Source of the DNA: Flectonema sp. DT1601
Taxonomy: Eukaryota
Direction: 5' to 3'
Assembly (NCBI GenBank): GCA_964019425.1
Contig: OZ025803.1
Location: 620,001-684,000 of the forward strand
Length of the DNA: 64,000 bases
The notes under the pieces were generated by a model. The model did no database searches and had not been told where the DNA came from. It was given only the letters and a program-made list of their open reading frames with translations. Positions 55,919 through 64,000 of the stretch are shown here, one piece after another. The first letter of the stretch is position 1; each line of letters opens with the position of its first letter. The translations under genes and the position numbers were made by a program.

Positions 55919-58900
55919 TCACATGGCATCGTTTTTCGATCGCGATCCCCGTGATTTCCTTTTCCTCTTCTCTTTCCCACGCCGCGATCTCTCCAACAAT
56001 CCGCAGCATTCAGCGTAGTCACACTTCACGCACATGACTACCCGCGTTCCCTTCGCGATCCGCTCTCCACACCTATCACACCATCCCTTCGTCGGGTGTT
56101 TCACCGGATTCTTGATCGCTGCTTGCGGTATCTCCTTTCCGCACCCACACATCCCTACTGGGGGGCGGTCTTCTTGTGTCGGTGGGGAGCAGATCGAGCT
56201 CGAGTCTGACGTCATCTTGTCTGAGTCATGGTCCATGGTAGGCTCCGTGGTGGTTTCAGGCACAATATTTTTCTCGTGTGTGCTTGTTACCGCCTGTGAG
56301 ACTTCCTTACCGTTCTCCTCCTTCCACTTTAACAATCTCCTCCCGACTTTTTCCTCACCTCTCACCCATCGGTAGGCCTCTTCGCTGGCTTCGGGGGGCA
56401 GGCGCTCCAGCCTCAGCGTTGATCCAAGTCGATGCGCCATTCTCTGCGAGACCTCGATGTATCGTCGGTGTGACTCTACTGAGTGCTCGAGTGAGCCGTA
56501 CGCCACTATTTCCTTCACTGCGTCTCCGTAACTTAGCAGCTGCGCCATCCCGATCCCTAACGCCTTACCCTCGCGGTTCGGCGAGCATTCCTTGAGGGGG
56601 AATCTCCACATGTGGATCACTTCACCGCCACTTACAACACACGTTCTCGTCTCCCTCTGTGTTGCTGCGTAGAACAGTTCATAGATGGGCTTTTCAGAGT
56701 GCCATTCTATGAGCTCGATCTTCGCCCTCTTCTTCGAATCTCTAAAAGCCGCTTCCGGTTCCGACTGTCCTCGCACTCCCTCCTCAGGCTCATGGATCGC
56801 ACTTGGGCGCCATCCTATTCGGGGCTCACGTCCATGGTGGGGATCTGCCGATCCTTCCTTCGGCTCCTCGACTGGTTCCGCTGGCTTCGGTTTCTGTTCT
56901 ACCTCTGTTTCGCCTGTCATCACTTGGCACACCCACTGGTAAGCTGTGTGCTTTACTTCGACAGGTAGGTCCGCCAGCCTCAACACTAGTCCTCGTGCCC
57001 TTACCACGCTACTTATCGCCCCGAATTTCTCCCACCGTTCTCTCGTCCACTGTTCCAAGGGTGCGTACGCTTGCACTTCCACGGGTCCCTCCAGGAGGCC
57101 CTTCCCTGTGACCCATTCCAGTGCCAATTCTAGTGCGGCCAGCATGGGGTCTTTTTCCTCTCCTGTGGTCTCATGCCACTTCTTCATCACTGGTCCTCCG
57201 CCACTCCGCACCAGGCACGCCCTTCCGGTTTTGCCTAAGAAAAGGTACACAGCTGGATGTGGTGGTGTTGGCTGCGTTAACCCTTTCGTGGCTCTGTGCT
57301 CTTCGACGTACTCCCGTGCTCTCCTGTCCGTGCAAAGCTTCTTCACCTTCCCACCTGGACAGCGTAGCACTTGCAGTGAGGCTTCACTCCATGTGCTGTA
57401 CGTTCCTGGACGCCGTCCACACGGGACCGCGTACCGCCGATTTCTGCGTGGGCCTTTTACTGGCTTGTCTGCTGTCTTATACTCCGGGTCAGTGCTTCTC
57501 AGGAAAGCCTCCGCCTCCTCTCCATTATTGAAGCCCTGATAAACAGCGCAAGAGAGTCCCTTCGTCTGTTTCTCGGCCTCTGCCCAGCTATTCACGATGG
57601 TAGTGCGTCCCCTTCCCTTCGAGATAGCATAGAGCTTGAACTTGCTCTCCATTCGCGTCGCCGGTTGACTCCTCTGGCCTTTCGTTGTGTGTGCTCGTAT
57701 TGTGACACGCGTGGCGTTCTTCTTCTCGCACCGACCTAGTGTCTTCACCGTCCTTAGCAGGTTCGGTGGGTTTTGGGTCCGTGTTGATTGTGGTACTTCA
57801 CACTGTGTCCGTGACTTTTGCGTTCCAGGCCGTATGAGCATTTCACTGTTCACTTGCCTATAATCCCTTCCTTCCATTCCGTGCTGCTCTGGGGGCGTTA
57901 CCCTGACCACCTGTGGAGCTAGTCGTGGCATCATCGGAACTTCATTTGCGCAGAACATCTCCTTTGTAGCTTGTCTTCGCAGGAATAGCACGTAAGGGAC
58001 AGACGACAGCACCTCTCGCCAGCTTGTTGCTCGCTCCACCTCATCGTCCTGGTACCTCCAGCCGCCCGGTGATAGGGTGAAAGACGTGTAGTGACCCGAT
58101 CCCAGACACCCCTGATGGACCACCACAGCGGACACCCTATAGTCGGCCTGTATCTTGCTGTTCCGCATCGACACTTGTTCTCCCAGCGCCATTTTCGTGG
58201 CATTCTCGTTCACAATGCATACGATCATCGTTTCCGGCGCCTCCATCAAGATCCTGCGCTCCTGCAAAGACCCCGTACCGCACAGTCCGCACACGTAGTC
58301 CTGTGGTATCGTCGTCGACTCCAGTGCCGACTGTAGGTCCCATCCCCGCAGTATCAGGCCGCAGTCCAGCTCGATTGATTGGCTCCCTCCGCCACAGCAT
58401 ATGCACGTGCGTTCTACTGCCACCATGCATGTGAAAGCGTTTGCTAAGAGGTCGCCTGGTCTTGCTCTTTCCTGCAGGTCCGACACTATGTGTAGTAGGG
58501 CTCCGTGGGCGTCCTGTTGTCCTCTTCCCATCCATTCTCTTGTGATCCTCGTTATCTCTCCTTGCGACCCACCTCCCTGCACCAGTGCTAGTGCGCACAC
58601 TGTGCACCTCGTCCCGCATACGTGAGGGGTGTTCCGTGCCCGCTGGAAATCCACATGCGACCCCTTCAGTAGTGCCTGCAAGGTGGCGTTCAGGTAACAC
58701 GAGTCTCCGAGGTTCGTCAGGCCCTCCATCCAGGTGGTCCGCGTCTGGATATTCGTCCCACCCCCTTGGCTCTGCGGTTCGGTGACGTCCGGGCCTCTGC
58801 TACCAAGACACGGGGCCGCTGGCGCTACCCGCGTGCAGAAAAGGTTTGATTCCGGTTCACAGTCCTCCATGAGTATATCACCCCCTTCATCCATTCCATA

Positions 58901-61900
58901 CGCTAGCGGCTCGCTCGTTTCGGCAATCTCCCCTGTAACTTCCTCCATTAGTTCCTGGGAGTTCGCCCCTTCCTGGCTCTCATAGTTCTCCATCTGTACA
59001 TCAGCTTCTCCGTCTGTTCCACGCGCTGTCGGTTCGTCATATCCCTCGCGGTCTTCCTCCCGAGCGTTTGCTTCCTGTGGTACCAGTGGCTCCCTCTTTT
59101 GTTGGGCCTCCTCTGGGTCTTGCTCTCCTTCCCACGGTGCTGTCTCCCACGTGGTCGGTCCTGTTGCGTAAAAGCCCAGTTTTAGACCTTGCTCCCTAGA
59201 CGTCTTAGGTTCTGTCGGCTCCCTTCTGCTCTTCTGTGGGGCTGCTCCTTCTGAAACCAATCCATTCGCTTGCGTCTGTGCGCCCTCTGTCGGTTTCACA
59301 AGTGCATGCGGTTCTCCCTGCTCGGGATCACGCAACGGCTGCGTAGGCGTCCGCACGTCCTGGCTTGGTGTTGAAATAGACACCGGTGGTGAAAGGTTCC
59401 TCGCCGGCAGGTTCGACTCTTCTTTTACCGCAGGCGGCGCCTCCGGTTCTTTCGACCGCTCGGCTACTTTCACCGGGACCTGTAGCAAATCCTGTCCTGT
59501 TTCTTGTAGTTTTAATACGGACTGCTGGGGAGCCGGCGGTGTCTGTCGTCTATCCTGGTCCTCCGGTTGCTTTGACAGCGTCAATGGCACCGCACTCAGT
59601 CCCTGTGGCATCCGCTCGACATTTTCGTGGGGTTTCACAGGCGGCGGTTCCGATAGCGACAGGGATGTGTCCGAGTAATTCCCTCCTGCGTGCGATCCTA
59701 TCCCCGCCGACGGTTCGGTGACGTCTTTCGTCTGGTCGCTCCCGTCCATTCGCATTGGTTCCGTTGTTGAGCCTTCTGCCCGCTCTGGACTCCGCGCCTC
59801 AGACTTGAGCAGCTGGGGCGGCGGCGGCGCCTGTTGCCCACCGTCCCCTTCGGAGCGGTTAGTTTGTACTGGTGGCGCTTCCTTCGTCTCCTGCGTCAGC
59901 TTCGCAATGTCTCCGTTTGATGCTGGCTCCAAAGTCTCGACATTTCCGTGGGGTTTCACAGGCGGCGGTTCCGATAGCGACAGGGATGTGTCCGAGTAAT
60001 TCCCTCCTGCGTGCAATCCTATCCCCGCCGACGGTTCGGTGACGTCTTTAGTCTGGTCGCTCCCGTCCATTCGCATTGGTTCCGTTGTTGAGCCTTCTGC
60101 CCGCTCTGGACTCCGCGCCTCAGACTTGAGCAGCTGGGGCGGCGGCAGCGCCTGCTGCCCACCGTCCCCTTTGGAGCGGTTAGTTTGTACTGGTGGCTCT
60201 TCCTTCGTCTCTTGCGTCAGTTTCGCAATGTCTCCGTTTGATGCTGGCTCCAAAGGTTTCGGCTCCGACGGGGATGGTGGTTGCTCTGCCCTCGGCTTTT
60301 CCACATGCAGAACTGGCTCTTCCCTCCTTTCTACCACCGCCTCCTTCGCTACTTGTGTTTTTTGGTCAAAGTACCACCGCCTCGCTCGTCCCGATTTATC
60401 GTCCATTGGGCGTGGCTTCAGTGCTCGGCTTGTCCGCATGCGGTGGTCTATGGAGAGGAGCTTCTCACTTAACAGACCCTCCGTTCCTTCGATTCTCGTA
60501 TACACCCAATAAAGCGGCCCCGTGCCTGGTCCTTCTTTGCTCCGCACCCGTTCGTCGCTCACACATGCCCATCGGTTCCTCGGCGTTCTTACCATTGTCA
60601 TTGCATGTCTCCCATTGCCACATACACTCCCCGTTAAAACATAACTGCGTGGCCCGCTTTCAGTCTCTACCTGAAAGGCGGCCCTCGTCGTCTGTTCCAC
60701 TCTCTCCTTCGCGAACAGGATCGGCGGCATCTCGGCGAATCTCCACTGCACAGTGCAGTCTCTGTTTGGCGATCTACACCTCTCGCAGATCGTTGGACTC
60801 TTCGTCTCTTCTTCGAGCGGCCCTCCTAAGAGGATGATCTTTGCTGTCTCCGGCTTGGTCTTTGGGTCCAAGACCATGAAACTCAGCTGCACCTCCTGCC
60901 TCACAAACCCACATACACACCTGTGTGTCGCTTTCAATCTGGATTCGAACAGGCTCCTCAGAGTCCCCCCCCACACCGCGCACTCCCTCAGTGCCAGGTT
61001 ATTTAGGATCTGTTTAAGGAAAGCCAATGGCGAACCTCCTGCCAAAGAATACCTTGTTATCTCCTTCCTGACCGTGTCCGCCGTGAAGTCCTGGATCGTG
61101 ACTCGTGTCTCCTCCATTAACCCGTCCAGTCTTGGGTGGTCTTCTTTAGACATCTTCCACAGTACACAGGCGAGACATCCCCCTACGCACGTTTTATCCG
61201 CCGTTTCTTTCTCTCTCATCAACCCTATTAGTGGTGTGGCCCATATTAGGCTGCAAACTGTTGCTGCGGCGTAGCACGTCCCTCTCGTGTTCTCAAATCC
61301 CCTCACATCCGATGTGGCCCACTTGTCATCTTGTTTTCCCGACGCCTCGTAGGACAATAACGGCCGCTTCGTGATGTCTAGGTCCGCCATATCTCGCTCT
61401 AGCTGGGCCATCACATCTCTGCCATGTCCTTTGAACCTTGGAACACTTCCTGGCTTGCCTTCCGAAACTACCAGCTTCACCACCGGGGCGCCCGGCAACC
61501 GTCCTGTCTCTTTCGTCGTGGGTCCCGGTTCCTCAGCTCGTGAAGGCTCCGTGATTGCGTTCCCTCGGTCCGGAGTTGGTCCCTCCGCCGGCGTCCTCCC
61601 TCCGACTCCAGATTCCTCAGTTGACGGTTCCTCCGTTCGTGCCTCCCCCGGCTCCCCTGCCCCTCCGTGAGTCTGCTCCAGTTCCTTCGGCTCCTGCAGG
61701 GTGGACCTCGTCCCGCTTTCCGGGGCTTGCACCTCCCTCTGGTTGCCTGCCTTCTGTGTGCTATCTCTTGCAGCTTGGCCAATCTCCGGCGCAGCGTCCG
61801 GTCTGGTAGTCCTTCCCACACTCCGGTCGGCCTCCGACAGTAACCGCCCCGATTCGTCTGGCCCCTCCCCGATGCTCCCCATCTTGTCGACCAGGTCTTG

Positions 61901-64000
61901 TATCTCGTCTTCCCACTCATCCTCCTTGAATATCGGGGGTAGATCCGTACTGATAGGTGCTCCGTCGCCCCCCATCAGCAACTCCCCCCTATCTTCGACC
62001 GCTCTCGCCCAGCTATACGCTAGCGTTGTTGATATCTCTTTCGACAGTGCCCTCCACGCCTCTGCCGGTCTCCGTGTCCTCAGAGAAATCGCCTTGATGA
62101 AGGCCGCAGCTGCCTCATTCATGGCCCCGTCGCGCGTGAAGACTAGAGGAACGAAAGCTATTCCCTTCGAGCTACACTCCTCCCCGTATTTCTTCACCTT
62201 TTCCCTCTCCTTCGCCTGGATGACCCGCCTCGCATCCAAGTGCGATCCCCGGGACAGACTTGTCTGCGAGCATACCTCGATGACCGTCACGTCGTACGCC
62301 GCCGGTCTTCCTGTCCAGTTTCGTGTCGTTCCCGGCACTGCCTCGCTTACCAGGATGTCGGCCGGTTTCCTCCCTCCATCTAGGATTCGTTGCGGCTCCA
62401 TTTCCACGGACATCCCCGTCACCCTTGCCTGCTTCGCCAGGAAATCCCTGACTAGGTTATGGCGTATGGTTGGCGTTGCCCCCCGGTTACACATCCCTGC
62501 GTGCACCCCCCGAGGGTCTAGCTTAGCGTTGCACCTCTTGCATAGCTGTCCCGCCTGTAAGACCTCCAGCCCTAAATGCGCCCTGATCGCGGTCCGGAAA
62601 ATTTGCGACGGCATCACGGTTCCCGTGTCGCTTGCCTCCGCCAACCACGCACTCGCCCTCGGCATGGACACCGCTCTGAAGTGTGCAAGTCTTTCTCGGT
62701 CTCCGCTCCCCTTCAGGTCGTTGACCATCTTCGTTTTCAGCGAGGCGTCGATCTTCATTGACAGCTCTCTCTGTCGCACTACCTTATCGAGGTCCAGGTC
62801 GCACTCCTCCGAGGTCTCCAGCGTCAGCGCTTTACACACCCCACTCCACTCCTCAGGGTCGACTTGGTATTGGGCGTCCAGCTCCACGCACAGTTTCCTC
62901 GTCGCAGTGGCCGACGCTGCTCTGCCCGCCGCCGCGTGTCTCCCACAGTTTCGCAGGCCCACCCCCCCTTCCCGCAAAGGTAGCTCCGCCTGTAAGTGCG
63001 CCCGCTCATCCATATCCCCACCCACGAGACCCCGCAACACGCTTCTCACCACCGCATCGAAATCTGCCAGACCTGATCGCTGGTCCTCCAGGTACATTGA
63101 CCTCATCAAGTATACCATCTTCCCATACGAATGGCAGTATCGTAGCTGGGTCAGCGCTACGTGCCGATCCGGTAGCATCGTCAGTGACTCGCTTACTTTC
63201 TTCAGCTTCGTCACGTACTGCAGCAGGTATTCCTTGCAGTAGCTCCCACTCCCTACCGGTAGCTTGAGAATGGTGAAGTTTCCCTCGGACTCTTGTTTCA
63301 CCTTCTCCAAGCCCCCCTTCGGTTCCAGGCCCACCCGCAGAGGTACGAATACGCACTTCGCCTCCTTTACCTTTAGCCCCAGGCTTGATGCCTTTTGTAC
63401 CAGGTAGTCGTACGCCTTCGCTAGTTCGTCTACGCCTCCCATCAACACTCCATCGTCTAAGAACCAGAGGCTTCCATCCAGTCCCATCTTCTTGAGTCCC
63501 TCCAGTAGGCTTTTTATCCCGAGTGAGAAAAGGAGAGGCCCCGCCGGATCCCCCTGTTGGGCCCCCTCCCTCGACGGAATCGTGGTATCCTCAAAAAAGA
63601 GGCTCGTCGGTCTCTCGTAACACCACGATGCCAAAGGCAACAGTTCCGGCAGCGTGGACGCCAGCTCACGCAGGAACACCGCCCTCGAGACACAGTTAAA
63701 AGCGTTCTCAAAATCAATGGTCAGGATTGCCTTGTTGGCCCCCCTGTTCCTCTTCGCGTAGTCCCGTACTATTGCGTACACCGCCTCCACCCCACTGGGT
63801 ACCGCCACCCCCAGCTGTCCTCCTGGCTTTAAGAGGTTTGGTATCTTGGGCCTTATTTTTGCTAGCACTATCTTCCACGCCCACCTCCGCAGTGATTCCC
63901 CTACTGCTATTGGTCTATACCCGGTCGGCTCTTTCTTCAGCGCGATCAGGCGAGCTCCTGCCAACACCGGTGCCGCCTCATAAGGTACTTTCCCTCTTAC
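55919..64000 (-). CDS. Retrotransposon polyprotein (partial, >2690 aa): RT - Zn knuckle/RLE - USP-like x2 - RNase H1 hybrid-binding x2 - RNase H-like x2 - Cys cluster
   Basis: Frame is open to the window edge (VRGKVPYEAAPVLAGARLIALKK). RT motifs RPIAVGE.LRR, QLGV, DFENAFN, GAQQGDPAGPLLF and WFLDDG. RLE motifs CKRC..H..C, RHN, RKPAD, YDVTV, KVKKY and FVPLVF. Downstream domains are detailed in the findings. Confidence 0.93.
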   Translation of the reverse strand, partial: VRGKVPYEAAPVLAGARLIALKKEPTGYRPIAVGESLRRWAWKIVLAKIRPKIPNLLKPGGQLGVAVPSGVEAVYAIVRDYAKRNRGANKAILTIDFENAFNCVSRAVFLRELASTLPELLPLASWCYERPTSLFFEDTTIPSREGAQQGDPAGPLLFSLGIKSLLEGLKKMGLDGSLWFLDDGVLMGGVDELAKAYDYLVQKASSLGLKVKEAKCVFVPLRVGLEPKGGLEKVKQESEGNFTILKLPVGSGSYCKEYLLQYVTKLKKVSESLTMLPDRHVALTQLRYCHSYGKMVYLMRSMYLEDQRSGLADFDAVVRSVLRGLVGGDMDERAHLQAELPLREGGVGLRNCGRHAAAGRAASATATRKLCVELDAQYQVDPEEWSGVCKALTLETSEECDLDLDKVVRQRELSMKIDASLKTKMVNDLKGSGDRERLAHFRAVSMPRASAWLAEASDTGTVMPSQIFRTAIRAHLGLEVLQAGQLCKRCNAKLDPRGVHAGMCNRGATPTIRHNLVRDFLAKQARVTGMSVEMEPQRILDGGRKPADILVSEAVPGTTRNWTGRPAAYDVTVIEVCSQTSLSRGSHLDARRVIQAKEREKVKKYGEECSSKGIAFVPLVFTRDGAMNEAAAAFIKAISLRTRRPAEAWRALSKEISTTLAYSWARAVEDRGELLMGGDGAPISTDLPPIFKEDEWEDEIQDLVDKMGSIGEGPDESGRLLSEADRSVGRTTRPDAAPEIGQAARDSTQKAGNQREVQAPESGTRSTLQEPKELEQTHGGAGEPGEARTEEPSTEESGVGGRTPAEGPTPDRGNAITEPSRAEEPGPTTKETGRLPGAPVVKLVVSEGKPGSVPRFKGHGRDVMAQLERDMADLDITKRPLLSYEASGKQDDKWATSDVRGFENTRGTCYAAATVCSLIWATPLIGLMREKETADKTCVGGCLACVLWKMSKEDHPRLDGLMEETRVTIQDFTADTVRKEITRYSLAGGSPLAFLKQILNNLALRECAVWGGTLRSLFESRLKATHRCVCGFVRQEVQLSFMVLDPKTKPETAKIILLGGPLEEETKSPTICERCRSPNRDCTVQWRFAEMPPILFAKERVEQTTRAAFQVETESGPRSYVLTGSVCGNGRHAMTMVRTPRNRWACVSDERVRSKEGPGTGPLYWVYTRIEGTEGLLSEKLLSIDHRMRTSRALKPRPMDDKSGRARRWYFDQKTQVAKEAVVERREEPVLHVEKPRAEQPPSPSEPKPLEPASNGDIAKLTQETKEEPPVQTNRSKGDGGQQALPPPQLLKSEARSPERAEGSTTEPMRMDGSDQTKDVTEPSAGIGLHAGGNYSDTSLSLSEPPPVKPHGNVETLEPASNGDIAKLTQETKEAPPVQTNRSEGDGGQQAPPPPQLLKSEARSPERAEGSTTEPMRMDGSDQTKDVTEPSAGIGSHAGGNYSDTSLSLSEPPPVKPHENVERMPQGLSAVPLTLSKQPEDQDRRQTPPAPQQSVLKLQETGQDLLQVPVKVAERSKEPEAPPAVKEESNLPARNLSPPVSISTPSQDVRTPTQPLRDPEQGEPHALVKPTEGAQTQANGLVSEGAAPQKSRREPTEPKTSREQGLKLGFYATGPTTWETAPWEGEQDPEEAQQKREPLVPQEANAREEDREGYDEPTARGTDGEADVQMENYESQEGANSQELMEEVTGEIAETSEPLAYGMDEGGDILMEDCEPESNLFCTRVAPAAPCLGSRGPDVTEPQSQGGGTNIQTRTTWMEGLTNLGDSCYLNATLQALLKGSHVDFQRARNTPHVCGTRCTVCALALVQGGGSQGEITRITREWMGRGQQDAHGALLHIVSDLQERARPGDLLANAFTCMVAVERTCICCGGGSQSIELDCGLILRGWDLQSALESTTIPQDYVCGLCGTGSLQERRILMEAPETMIVCIVNENATKMALGEQVSMRNSKIQADYRVSAVVVHQGCLGSGHYTSFTLSPGGWRYQDDEVERATSWREVLSSVPYVLFLRRQATKEMFCANEVPMMPRLAPQVVRVTPPEQHGMEGRDYRQVNSEMLIRPGTQKSRTQCEVPQSTRTQNPPNLLRTVKTLGRCEKKNATRVTIRAHTTKGQRSQPATRMESKFKLYAISKGRGRTTIVNSWAEAEKQTKGLSCAVYQGFNNGEEAEAFLRSTDPEYKTADKPVKGPRRNRRYAVPCGRRPGTYSTWSEASLQVLRCPGGKVKKLCTDRRAREYVEEHRATKGLTQPTPPHPAVYLFLGKTGRACLVRSGGGPVMKKWHETTGEEKDPMLAALELALEWVTGKGLLEGPVEVQAYAPLEQWTRERWEKFGAISSVVRARGLVLRLADLPVEVKHTAYQWVCQVMTGETEVEQKPKPAEPVEEPKEGSADPHHGREPRIGWRPSAIHEPEEGVRGQSEPEAAFRDSKKRAKIELIEWHSEKPIYELFYAATQRETRTCVVSGGEVIHMWRFPLKECSPNREGKALGIGMAQLLSYGDAVKEIVAYGSLEHSVESHRRYIEVSQRMAHRLGSTLRLERLPPEASEEAYRWVRGEEKVGRRLLKWKEENGKEVSQAVTSTHEKNIVPETTTEPTMDHDSDKMTSDSSSICSPPTQEDRPPVGMCGCGKEIPQAAIKNPVKHPTKGWCDRCGERIAKGTRVVMCVKCDYAECCGLLERSRRGKEKRKRKSRGSRSKNDAM
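59615..60255 (-). repeat. Near-identical 321-bp (107-aa) in-frame tandem duplication in the polyprotein linker
   Basis: 59615-59934 and 59936-60255 align with few substitutions (LEPASNGDIAKLTQETKE...SEPPPVKPH.NVE). Confidence 0.95.

Larger units (their letters stand above)
55471..64000 (-). mobile_element. CRE-like (RLE-type) non-LTR retrotransposon; 5' part lies outside the window
   Basis: Abrupt shift to GC-richer, intronless sequence. RT plus restriction-like endonuclease ORF, ~400-nt 3' UTR (55520-55918), and a 49-nt poly(A) run (55471-55519), the longest homopolymer seen in the window. Confidence 0.92.

Noticed and set aside
61701..63242. 513-aa plus-strand ORF antisense to the RT/RLE region
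   Set aside because: It is in codon register with the sense ORF, is Ser/Leu/Ala/Pro-rich and has no motifs. This is the expected shadow ORF of GC-rich coding sequence.

Overview
AT-rich eukaryotic DNA. About 19 protein-coding genes all lie on the minus strand in one directional cluster, separated by poly-A/T-rich spacers. Nine short GT-AG introns can be reconstructed by hand, and they merge several ORF-track entries into single genes. An ACAG acceptor-like motif sits just upstream of most start codons. One-strand gene order, cis-introns, putative trans-splice acceptors and a euglenozoan-type 18S rRNA fragment suggest a euglenozoan host, probably a diplonemid (inference). Recognisable host genes are symplekin, a PDE12-like EEP nuclease, an MPPED-type metallophosphoesterase, acid ceramidase/NAAA, BCKDH E1 beta, a cytochrome b5-acyl-CoA dehydrogenase fusion, a kinesin, two J-domain proteins, and Costars-, cNMP- and PAS-domain proteins. 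The last ~8.5 kb is a visibly GC-richer, poly(A)-tailed, CRE-like non-LTR retrotransposon. Its single intact ORF (>2690 aa, running off the window) continues ~2000 aa past the RT and restriction-like endonuclease. That extension carries two USP/peptidase-C19 deubiquitinase-like domains, two RNase H1-type hybrid-binding domains, two degenerate RNase H-like repeats and a C-terminal Cys cluster. This architecture is the main candidate for an undescribed system. All calls come from motif recognition by eye; no searches were run.
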